DNA of 64,000 nt from Patescibacteria group bacterium (GCA_041674765.1 JBAYVE010000004.1:26751-90750); one strand, 5' to 3'; numbered from the stretch's first letter, positions 8,195-18,419 are shown. Numbers and translations are program-made. The notes: generated by a model from the sequence alone, not told the origin.

Positions 8195-8947
8195 ATGGCA
8201 GAGAAGATAAAATATGGTTTTGGGGTGAGGCAATTCGGCAAGACCCCGAGGACTTTCGAGCAGGAAGTTGAGTTTGCAAAGATAAACGGTTTTGATTTTC
8301 TGCAAGTTTTTTATTTCTCTAAAAAAGGATTGGAGATGATCCCCCCAGGCAAAGGAATCGAGCGCATTCGTAAAGCCAATTTCCCGGTAATCATTCATGC
8401 GGGATTTGAACCAAGGGAGTTTCAAAAACAAATACCAAAGGTTGTAAATATCATTGATGAGCTTGGTGGCGGGGAGGTGATAATTCATCCCTGGAATCCC
8501 ACAGGTCGGCCTGAGAGCTCTTTCTCCGTCTTGATTCAGGAAATGGCAGTGGCTCGGGATATTTTCGAGGACAAGGGAATCAAGGTCTATGTGGAAAATA
8601 ATAGCGAAAAGGATTCGATTTTAATAGAACCTGAAGAAATCAAAGAGTTCTTCGGCCAATTTCCAGAGATGGAATTATTGCTAGATATAGGTCATATGGT
8701 CAGCTTCGAGAAGACAAAAGCGATCGCAAAAGTGAAATTACCGGCTCTGCTACACATGTCTGATCGTGATTTGAATGGTCCGCCAAATCATCTGCCTATC
8801 GGCAAGGGTAATATTGATTTTAAGAGGGTGATTGGGGAGATACTGCCTGATTTTCAGGGTAAGATTATTTTAGAGGTGACGGAGAGCGATGAGGCAATTA
8901 TTAATTCAAAAAAGATTATTGAATATATGTTAAGTAATAATTATTAA
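8195..8947 (+). CDS. sugar-phosphate isomerase/epimerase (xylose isomerase-like TIM barrel)
   Basis: VIIHAGFEP, VYVEN, LLDIGHM, HMSDRD..H.PIGKGNIDF pattern of AP_endonuc_2/XylA-like barrels. Confidence 0.55.
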   Translation: MAEKIKYGFGVRQFGKTPRTFEQEVEFAKINGFDFLQVFYFSKKGLEMIPPGKGIERIRKANFPVIIHAGFEPREFQKQIPKVVNIIDELGGGEVIIHPWNPTGRPESSFSVLIQEMAVARDIFEDKGIKVYVENNSEKDSILIEPEEIKEFFGQFPEMELLLDIGHMVSFEKTKAIAKVKLPALLHMSDRDLNGPPNHLPIGKGNIDFKRVIGEILPDFQGKIILEVTESDEAIINSKKIIEYMLSNNY

Positions 8948-8949
8948 TA

Positions 8950-9060
8950 GTTGGTCATCTCGACATCCGCCTCTGGCGAGACGAGAGATCTTCATTTGAG
9001 TGTTTGATTCTGGATTCCCGCCTACGCGGGAATGACAGCAGAAGAGGCGGTACATCAATG
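8950..9060. repeat. MITE-like repeat (ggattcccgcctacgcgggaatgac hairpin plus companion module)
   Basis: One mismatch from the 24-bp hairpins at 52013-52036 and 52214-52237. Confidence 0.7.
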
Positions 9061-9106
9061 ATAGATTGCTTCGCAAAGACACTCGCAATGACAGGTAAAA
9101 ATATTT

Positions 9107-9943
9107 ATGAAAAACAAAAACAAATTATCTTTTATTAAACGATTTGGCTGGTTGATTTTAATTGGTCTTGTACTTTTAATTGGTCTTTATTCGTATTTTG
9201 TCGAGCCCAAATTATTGGGTGTAAAGAGTTTCGTGTATGGGGGCGAGCAGGTGCCGGATGAGTTTATCGGCAAGAAGATTGTCTTTCTCTCGGATCTCCA
9301 TTTTGGTGTCGGCAATTTAGATTATGGCAAAATCGTTGAGAAAGTGAATGATGAAAAGCCGGACATAATCATTCTCGGCGGCGACTATATCGATCGCGAT
9401 CCCAAGTTTATCGATGAGTGCGTTTCTTATTTGGAAAAATTGAAAGCTCCTTTTGGGGTCTATGCGGTCTTTGGTAATCATGATAATCGCAGAAAAGTGT
9501 TACCAGGATTAAAAGCAGCTCTTTCCAAAACAGATATCAAAATTATCAACAACGAGTCCTTTTGGATTAATGCAGGTAGTTCAAGGATCAGAATCGGAGG
9601 AGTGGGCGATCTTGATACGGATGACCAATTGATTAAAAAAACGACCGCCGGCGTCTCAAGGGAGGAATTAATAATTTTGGCCTCGCATAATCCTGATTAT
9701 TTTGAGTCTTTGGTGGGGAATGAAGTTGATCTGGTATTCTCCGGCCACGTCCATGGCGGACAAATGAATTTTTTTAGGCTCTGGTATCCGATTTCGGTGA
9801 CGGCCTACGGAAAAAAATTTATGAATAGTTTGGTAGAGGAAAAGGGCATAAGTATCTTCACATCAAATGGCATCGGAATGACAGCCCTTCCTCTCCGTTT
9901 CTCAGCCAGACCGGATATAATCAGCGTTACTCTTGAGAAGTAG
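9107..9943 (+). CDS. metallophosphoesterase (calcineurin-like) with N-terminal TM anchor
   Basis: DLHFG, GGDYID, GNHD and SGHVHGGQ motifs. Confidence 0.85.
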   Translation: MKNKNKLSFIKRFGWLILIGLVLLIGLYSYFVEPKLLGVKSFVYGGEQVPDEFIGKKIVFLSDLHFGVGNLDYGKIVEKVNDEKPDIIILGGDYIDRDPKFIDECVSYLEKLKAPFGVYAVFGNHDNRRKVLPGLKAALSKTDIKIINNESFWINAGSSRIRIGGVGDLDTDDQLIKKTTAGVSREELIILASHNPDYFESLVGNEVDLVFSGHVHGGQMNFFRLWYPISVTAYGKKFMNSLVEEKGISIFTSNGIGMTALPLRFSARPDIISVTLEK

Positions 9944-10124
9944 CGCTTCAAGCATCCAAGTTCCAAATTCCAAGAACCAATCAATGTCCAAATTTCAAAA
10001 GTTAAGTTCTTTTGATTTGGAATTTAGAATTTGAATGGATGCTAGAGATTGGGTGTTGGTTGTTATTCTGTTGCCAGAAGTTTCTGTTATAATGTTCTTG
10101 TTGAATTATCTCTTGGAGGTTTAT

Positions 10125-11690
10125 ATGTCGCTCGCTAATAAAGTATTGTTGATTATATTGGATGGTTGGGGATTGTCTGGGAAGAAAGAGGGTAATGCCC
10201 CTTTGCTTGCTAAGACCCCGATTTTGGATTATGTCTACTCAACTTATCCGAAGACCTCTCTGACAGCCTCTGGCCTAGAGGTCGGGCTGGGGCAGGGAGA
10301 ACCCGGCAATTCTGAAGTTGGCCATCTAAATATCGGTTCCGGCCGGGTTATTTGGGAAAATTTGCCGAAGATTGATCAAATGATCGCAAATGGTGAGCTC
10401 TACAAGAATAAAGCTTTGCTCGAGATAATCGATCATGTTAAGAAAAATAACTCAACATTAAATTTCATCGGTCTTGTTTCGGACGGGGGAGTTCATTCCC
10501 ATATTATGCATCTATCTTCAATGATTGAATTTGCAGCCAAACAGGGGATAAAAAATATTAATATTCATATGATCACTGACGGACGGGATACACCGCCTTC
10601 TATCGCGGCAAGTTATGCTGAACAGCTCGAGGCCTTCTGCCGCGGTGTTGGTGCAGGTAAAATTGTAACTCTAGTTGGCCGTTATCTCGCTATGGACCGT
10701 GACAAGAATTGGGACCGGGAGAAGCAGGCTTTTGATCTTTTTACTCAGAATATAGGTGAAAAGTATGACACGGCTAAAGAAGCAATCGATGATAATTATG
10801 CTGCCGGAAAAACGGATGAATTTATTGAAGCCAGTGTAATCGGTGAGGGAGGTAAGGTTTCTGAAAACGACGGTGTTATATTTTTCAACCACCGTAATGA
10901 CCGGATGCGTCAGCTTCTCGATCTTTTCGAGGGGGGAGAAGGAGCTGCCGTTCCAACCGGCTTAAAATTAATCACGATGACGCAGTATTTCAAAGGACAA
11001 AAATCAGAATTTATTTTGTCGTCGCAGAATCTTGAAAATACCTTATCGGAGATTGTCTCCAAAAATGGCGGTACCCAATTTCATACGGCTGAAACTGAAA
11101 AGTATGCCCATGTAACTTATTTTTTCAAAGCAGGGAAAGAAGAGCCATACCAAGGAGAGGTTGATGAGGTCGTTCCGTCCAAGAAAACAACTTATGACAA
11201 ATTACCACAAATGTCAGCTCCTGAGGTAAGAGATCAGGTGGTTGCCAGCCTTAAAGAGGGATATAATTTGGTGATCGTAAACTTTGCAAATGGAGATATG
11301 GTTGGACATACCGGTGTTCTGGAAGCGGCGGTCAAGGCTTGTGAAGAGGTTGACCGAGATCTCGGTTTGGTTTTGGAAGGGGCCGCCGAACATGATTACA
11401 GGGTATTTATTACGGCTGATCATGGCAACTGTGAAGAGATGATTGCCCTAGACGGTACTACCCCAAACAAAGAGCATACGAGCAATCCCGTCCCCTTTGT
11501 CTACTTAAATTTTGAAAATCATCCTTACCGGCCCACCTCAGTGCCTTTTTTGGAACCGGATTATCTCCAATATGCTATAGGAACTCCGGTCGGAGTGTTG
11601 GCAGATATTGCGCCTTCCATCTTAGCCAATTTAGAAATTCCTCTGCCTGGAGAGATGGGTGGTATGGATTTGAGCGTAGCTATGCTATAG
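10125..11690 (+). CDS. gpmI: 2,3-bisphosphoglycerate-independent phosphoglycerate mutase
   Basis: LIILDGWGLS, GNSEVGHLNIGSGR, ITADHGNCE; RBS ggaggt before ATG at 10125 (ORF-track start 10035 is probably too early). Confidence 0.9.
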   Translation: MSLANKVLLIILDGWGLSGKKEGNAPLLAKTPILDYVYSTYPKTSLTASGLEVGLGQGEPGNSEVGHLNIGSGRVIWENLPKIDQMIANGELYKNKALLEIIDHVKKNNSTLNFIGLVSDGGVHSHIMHLSSMIEFAAKQGIKNINIHMITDGRDTPPSIAASYAEQLEAFCRGVGAGKIVTLVGRYLAMDRDKNWDREKQAFDLFTQNIGEKYDTAKEAIDDNYAAGKTDEFIEASVIGEGGKVSENDGVIFFNHRNDRMRQLLDLFEGGEGAAVPTGLKLITMTQYFKGQKSEFILSSQNLENTLSEIVSKNGGTQFHTAETEKYAHVTYFFKAGKEEPYQGEVDEVVPSKKTTYDKLPQMSAPEVRDQVVASLKEGYNLVIVNFANGDMVGHTGVLEAAVKACEEVDRDLGLVLEGAAEHDYRVFITADHGNCEEMIALDGTTPNKEHTSNPVPFVYLNFENHPYRPTSVPFLEPDYLQYAIGTPVGVLADIAPSILANLEIPLPGEMGGMDLSVAML

Positions 11691-11803
11691 CCACATTGGT
11701 CCTGATTTGCGGCCAGTCTATTTTAGAAGTATAATGTAATAGGAATCAAACCGGGCGAGAGTTTGTCAGGTAACTAAGTATCGAAGTAATATCAAAACAA
11801 AAT

Positions 11804-12583
11804 ATGGGCGATTTAGATCTGAAAGAAAAAGAGGAAACAGAGGAGAAGGGGGATAAGAAGAAGCCGGTCAAACCGGAAAAACCTTCGGAAAAAAACGAGG
11901 TCGTTATCTCATTCAAAAAAGTTTCCAAAATATATCAGTCGACCATCGAGGCATTGGTAGATATATCCTTTGATATCAATATTGGGGAATTTATTTCTGT
12001 GGTAGGGCCTTCGGGGGCCGGCAAATCAACTTTGATCCGACTCCTGACTTGCGAAGAGAAGCCCACAAGCGGGAGTATCTTGATAGCGGGCAGGGATGTC
12101 ACGCAGCTAAAGCAGAAGGATCTACCTTACTTTCGCCGAAAGGTCGGTGTAATTTTTCAAGACTTCAAACTTTTGCCGAAGAAGACAGTTTACGAAAATG
12201 TCTCATTTGCGCTTGAGGTGTCTGACGCAACAAACGAAGAGATCAACGACCGTGTCCCGAAGATCATCGAGCTGGTCGGTTTGACAAATCGTACAAATGC
12301 CTTAACCGAGCAACTGTCTGGCGGAGAAAAGCAGCGTGTCTCGATTGCCCGTGCTTTGGTTCACAATCCCAAATTACTTATCGCTGACGAGCCGACAGGA
12401 AATCTTGACCCCGTTTCTACCTGGGAAATTATCGAATTGTTATTCAAAATAAACAAGCAGGGAACAATAGTGATTTTGACAACACATGATAAAGAGGTAG
12501 TCGATTCGTTGGAGCGCAGAGTTGTAACGATAAAGAACGGCAGGATTGTATCAGATCAGGCTAAGGGGAAATATATACTTTAG
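11804..12583 (+). CDS. ftsE: cell-division ABC ATPase FtsE (with K/E-rich N-terminal extension)
   Basis: GPSGAGKSTLIRLL, LSGGEKQRVSIARAL, ADEPTGNLDP; followed by ftsX. Confidence 0.9.
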   Translation: MGDLDLKEKEETEEKGDKKKPVKPEKPSEKNEVVISFKKVSKIYQSTIEALVDISFDINIGEFISVVGPSGAGKSTLIRLLTCEEKPTSGSILIAGRDVTQLKQKDLPYFRRKVGVIFQDFKLLPKKTVYENVSFALEVSDATNEEINDRVPKIIELVGLTNRTNALTEQLSGGEKQRVSIARALVHNPKLLIADEPTGNLDPVSTWEIIELLFKINKQGTIVILTTHDKEVVDSLERRVVTIKNGRIVSDQAKGKYIL

Positions 12584-12587
12584 TTCA

Positions 12588-12700
12588 TCAAGTGCATAAA
12601 GCTAAAAGTTCATAAAGACTAAGGTTTGTAGAGTTAAAAGTTTGGAAAGTGCATAAGAACAAGAGTTCGTAAAGACTACTTTCCGTAGAGTCAGTCAGGA
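12588..12700. repeat. Two tandem ~55-bp units carrying the gtgcataaag/gttcataaagact motif
   Basis: gtgcataaagctaaaagttcataaagactaaggtttgtagagtta / gtgcataagaacaagagttcgtaaagactactttccgtagagtca; same motif at 18440, 23055 and inside prmC at 37640-37700. Confidence 0.65.
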
Positions 12701-12759
12701 AAATTTATATCATTTATTTTATTTATTACTTTGTTAATTTATTAAACTTCAGCTAGCTT

Positions 12760-13671
12760 ATGTTTTTCGTTTCCATTCATAGAATTTTGAAGACGTCGAT
12801 CATTTCTCTTTGGCGCAATCTCTGGTTATCTCTAGCGGCAATTTTGATTATGATTTTAACCCTTTTCACAATCTCCTTTTTTGTTACCCTGCTTTTTGTT
12901 ACTAGCAGAACGACCACGTCATTGCAGAGCAAGGTAGATATTTCTGCTTTCTTCAACGATACGACTTCGAAGGATCAGATTTTTGCGATCGAGAATAATC
13001 TGCTTTCCATGCCGGAGGTGAAATCAGTAGATTACGTGTCGAAAGAGGATGCTTTAGGGCGCTGGCAGGAGCGTAACAAGGACAATGAAAAATTGAGAAA
13101 TTTAGTTTCTGCTAATTTTAATCCTTTGCCGAGGAGTCTCGAAGTCAAAACCGACAAGCCGGAAAATCTTGAGAAGGTGTATGGCTACTTGAGCTCAGCT
13201 GACTACCAGCCTTTGATAAAAGAAATCAGCTATCAGAAGAACCGGGATCTCATCAATAGGCTCATGAAAATCACTACCTTTATCAAGATTATCGGCTGGG
13301 TTCTATCATCCGTATTTATACTTGTCTCAATCTTGATAATTTATAATACAATCAGACTGACAATCTACGCGCGTCATGATGAAATTGAAATAATGAAATT
13401 GGTCGGGGCAACGGACTGGTATACTGAAGGCCCTTTCTTCGTAGAAGGTCTCATGTACGGTTTGGTTGCGTCAATCATATCGGCGGTCGCACTTTACTTC
13501 GGCTATACACTTTCGATGCCGGCGGTCCAGAATTATCTGGATATAAGTATATTAAATTCCGGTAGCTTGGGATTAAACTTCTGGTTTATTACCTTTGTTC
13601 AAATAGTATTTGGATTGGTCTTGGGTACACTTTGCTCTGTTTTGGCAGTTAAAAAACATCTGAAAAAATGA
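12760..13671 (+). CDS. ftsX: cell-division permease-like protein FtsX
   Basis: N-terminal TM segment, large extracytoplasmic loop, three C-terminal TMs; located after ftsE. Confidence 0.85.
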   Translation: MFFVSIHRILKTSIISLWRNLWLSLAAILIMILTLFTISFFVTLLFVTSRTTTSLQSKVDISAFFNDTTSKDQIFAIENNLLSMPEVKSVDYVSKEDALGRWQERNKDNEKLRNLVSANFNPLPRSLEVKTDKPENLEKVYGYLSSADYQPLIKEISYQKNRDLINRLMKITTFIKIIGWVLSSVFILVSILIIYNTIRLTIYARHDEIEIMKLVGATDWYTEGPFFVEGLMYGLVASIISAVALYFGYTLSMPAVQNYLDISILNSGSLGLNFWFITFVQIVFGLVLGTLCSVLAVKKHLKK

Positions 13672-14888
13672 AAAATATTGCGATAAAATTTGTTATGTTT
13701 CTTCTACTTTTCACCTTTGTATTTACTCCTTTTTCTGTGAAATCAGCAAGCGTTAGTGATTTGCAAAAAACAAAAAATGCTTTGCAGGAACAGTTAAAAC
13801 AGATCAGCAACCAAAAGGTACAAAATGAGAAAGATCAGCAGATGCTACAGGACCAAATCACCAGGGTAACTGATCAAATTTCGCAAACCGAAAAAGTTCT
13901 GACTCAAACGTCAAGTCAGATCGGTGATACAGAAAGTGCGATCGAGACTTTGCTGGAACAAATTAAAACGCAGCAGGGTATACTGGCGGAGACGAAGGAC
14001 CGGCTTGGAAGAGTCGTTTCCTCTTGGTATATGGAGGGTAATGATGGTCTATTGACGGCACTTTTAAGCTCGGGAAATGTCTCTGAGTTGGTGGAAAAGC
14101 AGGAATATTATGATTCATTAAAACAACAGATCGAATCAGAAATAGATCAGATAGTAACTCTTCAGGCGAATTTGGCGGCTAAGAAGTCGGAGCAGGAGAA
14201 TCAATTGCAGGCGCTAAATAGTTTAAAGGAAGATCAAGCTAGCCAACAGCAGAATTTAGAGAAAAGTAAACAATACAAGGCTTATGTTCTGGACAACAAG
14301 AAGGATGCATTGGACGATCTGAAGACACAGGAGTCGGAAACGCAAAAGAGAATTAGTCAGATTGATTCACAGATACGGGCGTTGACGGCCACTAGCCGTT
14401 GGGGAGACCAGATCGTATCAGATAACGGAGGTTTGTCCGTGCCTTTTTACGCGCAGACGGGCAATTATACTAAATTGGGAAACAGTCCATATACAGTCAA
14501 TCAATATGGGTGTTTGATTACCTCAATTGCGATGGTAGCTTCATACTATGGCAATAACGTCACTCCTACATCAATTGCCTCTAACACAGCAATTTTTGAC
14601 AGAGAAGGTTATCTATTGGTTACAACGCCGCCGGGGGTTGGAGTTAATGTCCTGCCAAGCCAGGGAATAAATTGGGACACCGTGGATGCTGAGTTGGCAG
14701 CAAAGAGGCCGGTCATAATCAGTATATTTTTGCCGACTGTCGGTGCAGTTAACCGCGACGGATCTTCCCATTTCATCGTGATCAAGGGAAAAACGGGAAA
14801 CAAATATCTGATGAACGATCCGATCGGAATAGGAAGAGGTTACAATATGTCACAGGTGCGATCGATGAAATTAATAAGATCTTATTAG
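13668..14888 (+). CDS. secreted coiled-coil protein with C-terminal C39-like (papain-fold) peptidase domain; FtsEX-associated hydrolase analogue
   Basis: Signal peptide, long Q/E-rich coiled coil, then YGCLITSIAMVASYYG (Cys) ... SHFIVIKG (His); start overlaps the ftsX stop (ATGA). Confidence 0.65.
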   Translation: MKNIAIKFVMFLLLFTFVFTPFSVKSASVSDLQKTKNALQEQLKQISNQKVQNEKDQQMLQDQITRVTDQISQTEKVLTQTSSQIGDTESAIETLLEQIKTQQGILAETKDRLGRVVSSWYMEGNDGLLTALLSSGNVSELVEKQEYYDSLKQQIESEIDQIVTLQANLAAKKSEQENQLQALNSLKEDQASQQQNLEKSKQYKAYVLDNKKDALDDLKTQESETQKRISQIDSQIRALTATSRWGDQIVSDNGGLSVPFYAQTGNYTKLGNSPYTVNQYGCLITSIAMVASYYGNNVTPTSIASNTAIFDREGYLLVTTPPGVGVNVLPSQGINWDTVDAELAAKRPVIISIFLPTVGAVNRDGSSHFIVIKGKTGNKYLMNDPIGIGRGYNMSQVRSMKLIRSY

Positions 14889-14890
14889 CG

Positions 14891-16123
14891 TTGAAATCAA
14901 CTTTAGACAATAAACTTTCAAGTAATTCATGGAAGAAGCAGACTTTATTTTTCGTCGGCCTGATAGTTTGTTTTGCCATAGTTTTCTCGGTTGGTTATTC
15001 TATCGGTGAGAACGGCCGTATAGAAAAAAACGTAATTTCTAACTTTAAAAATACAAATTCAGGGAAGCCGGACAATTTAGATTTTTCGCTTTTTTGGGAG
15101 GCGTGGAGCAAATTAAGTGAAAGATCTGTTCAAGCGCCTGATCTGCAAAAGATGCTTTATGGTTCAATTTCGGGGATGCTATCATCGATGGATGACCCTT
15201 ATACGGTATTTTTCTCTCCAGAAGATAATAAGAGGTTCAGAGAAGACATACAGGGAGAATTTGATGGTATAGGAGTGGAGCTGGTTCTGAAGAATGGTTT
15301 GCCAACCGTTGTCGCGCCTTTATCAAAAAGTCCGGCAGATCAAGCAGGAATAAAAGCCGGTGATGTTATTTTGGCGGTGGATGAAGTTGATACATCAGGT
15401 CTCGGTTTCAATGAAACTGTTGATAAGATTAGAGGACCGAAGGGTAGCAAGGTACGCTTAAGGATATTTCGAGAGGGCAGCGATCAGCCTGTCAACGTAG
15501 AAGTTACAAGAGAAACCATTTCAATCAAAAGTGTTGAATGGGAATACCGAACTGAGAAAGGCAAAAAAATAGCGATAGTCCATGTACGCCAATTCGGCGA
15601 TGATACTGACAAACTGTTTGATGATTTTGTAAGTGAAATAGTAAAGACAAAACCGGCCGGTATAATAGTTGATCTGCGCAATAATCCCGGAGGGTATTTG
15701 GAAAGCGCGATCAATCTGTCAAGCTACTTTTTGGATGGCGGCATCGTCGTAAATGAGAAAGGAAGATCAGGCGATAATAAATCATATAATGTGACGAAAA
15801 AGAATAGGCTCTCTGGTTTTAGGACGGCAGTTTTGGTCAATAATGGCTCAGCCTCAGCCTCGGAAATTTTTGCTGGAGCGCTGCAGGATCGAAAAAGCGG
15901 ACGAGTTTTTGGCGAGAAAACCTTCGGCAAGGGTAGCGTTCAGGAGATAGTACAGTTGTCCGATGGCTCTGCTTTGAAGATTACCGTTGCCAAATGGTAT
16001 ACGCCAACTGGGCGTTCGATCAATGGTGAAGGGATAACTCCGGACGTAGAGATTAAAGGTAGCGACAGTAAAGAAGAAGATAGCCAGCTCGATGCAGCGC
16101 TTGAATATGTTATCGCTGATTGA
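14891..16123 (+). CDS. ctpA: carboxyl-terminal processing protease (S41) with PDZ domain
   Basis: PDZ GIKAGDVILAVDEV, S41 core LVNNGSASASEIFAGALQD..K. Confidence 0.9.
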   Translation: MKSTLDNKLSSNSWKKQTLFFVGLIVCFAIVFSVGYSIGENGRIEKNVISNFKNTNSGKPDNLDFSLFWEAWSKLSERSVQAPDLQKMLYGSISGMLSSMDDPYTVFFSPEDNKRFREDIQGEFDGIGVELVLKNGLPTVVAPLSKSPADQAGIKAGDVILAVDEVDTSGLGFNETVDKIRGPKGSKVRLRIFREGSDQPVNVEVTRETISIKSVEWEYRTEKGKKIAIVHVRQFGDDTDKLFDDFVSEIVKTKPAGIIVDLRNNPGGYLESAINLSSYFLDGGIVVNEKGRSGDNKSYNVTKKNRLSGFRTAVLVNNGSASASEIFAGALQDRKSGRVFGEKTFGKGSVQEIVQLSDGSALKITVAKWYTPTGRSINGEGITPDVEIKGSDSKEEDSQLDAALEYVIAD

Positions 16124-16166
16124 GCTTTGAAGCGGTTTTTTGTATAATGTTTCTGGAGGGATAATA

Positions 16167-18419
16167 ATGGTTGATGACACAAACACTACTAATATTGCTG
16201 CGAGACCTGCCGGGCAGAATATTGTTACAGGCGCTACATCGAGTTCCAAGGGCTTAAGTCCGTGGGATGACGATCTTGAGCTGCCTGAAGAAAAACCTAA
16301 GATTATTGGAACATTAGAGGGCGGCACTAGTCGAGTAGCGGCGAAGCCTTTTAGCTTGCCCGAGAATATAGAATCTACATCTGGCCCGAAAGTGGTTCAG
16401 GCCACAGATTTTATTCAGCCTGCGCCTCCAGCACCTCAAATGCCCCAGGCGTTGCAGGAGCCGGCGACGGTACAAGCCAAGCCTGAGATTAGCGGGATTA
16501 GCGATGCTAATTCTTCTTCCCCTGTTCCTGCTCAAACGATACCTCAAAAAGCTACGTTGTCATCACCACAACCGGTTGCCACCAAAAAATTTGTTGAGGG
16601 CTCTGCCCCCGACCAACCGACTGTTCAGGATATACGCCCTCCTATCTCGACTGTTACAACTCCTCCTGTTATGGAGATGAAGCCTCTCGCGCCAATTCCT
16701 GAGTCATCCAAGGCGACTGAACCTGAGCGAACGAAAACGAATCTTTTCTCCAGTTTGAGGATGTTTGGAAAAAAGGAGAAAAGAGCTGTCCCTGCTGCAC
16801 AAACAATTCAAACGAATGCCAATCCGAATAAAGAACCTTTCAATCTGAAGGTTCCGCTAACTGTTTTTACTTTTATTTTGATATTCATCGCCCTAGTTGC
16901 AGCAACGGAGAAAGGGTTTATCTCTATCGGGCTTGAGAAAGTTTACGGCGCTGTCGGAATCGAGCAGCTATGGGGAGGATTATCGAAGAACACAGAGCAG
17001 GCGCTTGGTAGATCGATTCTCAGTATGGCGGATCATCCTGAATTCAAGGTCAAAGGCAGTCTGGAACTCACGATAGATAAGACCATAAAATCGGAGATTA
17101 CTACACCACTAGTCTCTGAGAAAGAGGCCAGACAAATCTGGACTATGGCTCCGTTAACGCAGGCGATTTTGGCAGTTTTTGAAACAGACGTTTACGATGA
17201 TAATTCAGTATCTGACAATTCAAGCCTGTATTCTACTGATTATAGTTTCGGCGATACGAGTGATCCAGCCGCTGACGACAGTTATTATGGGGATTATGAT
17301 AATTCAAATAGTAACAACAGCAGCTCGCCGACAAACTCCAATACCGGACTTAGTAATACAAATACCCCTGCAGCTGATCTGGAGAATCCTTACCTAAATG
17401 AGAGCGAACTTTCTCCGTATGAAAGTATTGGAACTGAGACAACATCGAAGCAGATCAATATTGGCGTACAAGCCAACTCGAGTGCAGCGGGGCATGAAGC
17501 AACGTTGAGCGTTAACCGTGCGGCTGGAAGCTCTCAGATTTCACTTAAAAACAGTGATAATACGCTTTGGGTGAAGAGTGATAATATTTTATTTAGTAAC
17601 AACGCTGATCCGAATAAATGGTTGCAGTATGACTTCGCAAAGATGCAGGGTAACAAACTGAAGGATGTAATTTTCAGTCAAACAGTCGCAAAGAGCATTG
17701 TTATTGATGGTCAGCGCGTCGGAAGCGAAAAAATTGGTCAAACACTAACTTACAAATATACTATCTCTAAACTTGAATTTGGCGATAGTTTAGAAAAAAT
17801 CGGAATATCCTCCGACGTAGTTCAAAATATTCAGGGCGATGTTTGGATTGGCGTTGCCGATAAGCTCATACGCAAAATTACCTTGAAAATTGGAGCCTCT
17901 CCTTCCTATGCCGTCTCTGCGATGATTCTCAATTTAGAATTCTCCGAGTTCGATCAGAAAAATGAGTACATTTACCCTGATGTATCTTCGGTGGTCAAGC
18001 CTGACGGGAGTTCACTTGTTTCTGAAGAGATTATTGAGACGCCATCGGCGACTGGTTCAGAATCTTCAGTCAACAGTAATTCTTCTACTGTCACTGTTGT
18101 TCCGACAAATGATGAAACAAGAATGAGCGATTTGGCCGGGATCAAGGCTGCACTGGAGAACTATAAAATAGCTAATAAAAAATATCCTATTGCGGTTGAA
18201 AACGTCCGTCTCAATACTCTGGGCAATGCCGTCGAAAAGGCACTTGTCCCTAAGTATATTTCGGCGCTTGCAAAGGATCCAAACGATAGCTCCGGATGGT
18301 ACTATGGGTATAAATCCATCAACGGGTCCAGTTTTGAATTGAGTGCAAGAATTGAAGATATTTCAGACAGTCAGGCAAAAAAAGTCGGAAATGTATATCT
18401 TTACATTCTGACGAACTGA
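16167..18419 (+). CDS. large bitopic membrane protein: Pro/Thr-rich N-terminal region, one TM, and a C-terminal pseudopilin (GspG-like) domain
   Basis: RBS ggaggg; TM VPLTVFTFILIFIALVAATEKGF; C-terminus MSDLAGIKAALENYKIANKKYPIAVENV...AKDPNDSSGWYYGY resembles the T2SS G / type IV pseudopilin globular domain, but there is no N-terminal prepilin leader. Confidence 0.55.
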   Translation: MVDDTNTTNIAARPAGQNIVTGATSSSKGLSPWDDDLELPEEKPKIIGTLEGGTSRVAAKPFSLPENIESTSGPKVVQATDFIQPAPPAPQMPQALQEPATVQAKPEISGISDANSSSPVPAQTIPQKATLSSPQPVATKKFVEGSAPDQPTVQDIRPPISTVTTPPVMEMKPLAPIPESSKATEPERTKTNLFSSLRMFGKKEKRAVPAAQTIQTNANPNKEPFNLKVPLTVFTFILIFIALVAATEKGFISIGLEKVYGAVGIEQLWGGLSKNTEQALGRSILSMADHPEFKVKGSLELTIDKTIKSEITTPLVSEKEARQIWTMAPLTQAILAVFETDVYDDNSVSDNSSLYSTDYSFGDTSDPAADDSYYGDYDNSNSNNSSSPTNSNTGLSNTNTPAADLENPYLNESELSPYESIGTETTSKQINIGVQANSSAAGHEATLSVNRAAGSSQISLKNSDNTLWVKSDNILFSNNADPNKWLQYDFAKMQGNKLKDVIFSQTVAKSIVIDGQRVGSEKIGQTLTYKYTISKLEFGDSLEKIGISSDVVQNIQGDVWIGVADKLIRKITLKIGASPSYAVSAMILNLEFSEFDQKNEYIYPDVSSVVKPDGSSLVSEEIIETPSATGSESSVNSNSSTVTVVPTNDETRMSDLAGIKAALENYKIANKKYPIAVENVRLNTLGNAVEKALVPKYISALAKDPNDSSGWYYGYKSINGSSFELSARIEDISDSQAKKVGNVYLYILTN

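Noticed and set aside
8108-8488. 126-aa minus-strand ORF overlapping the start of the sugar-phosphate isomerase gene
   Set aside because: It overlaps the 5' part of a plus-strand gene that has clear family motifs, and it has no motifs of its own.
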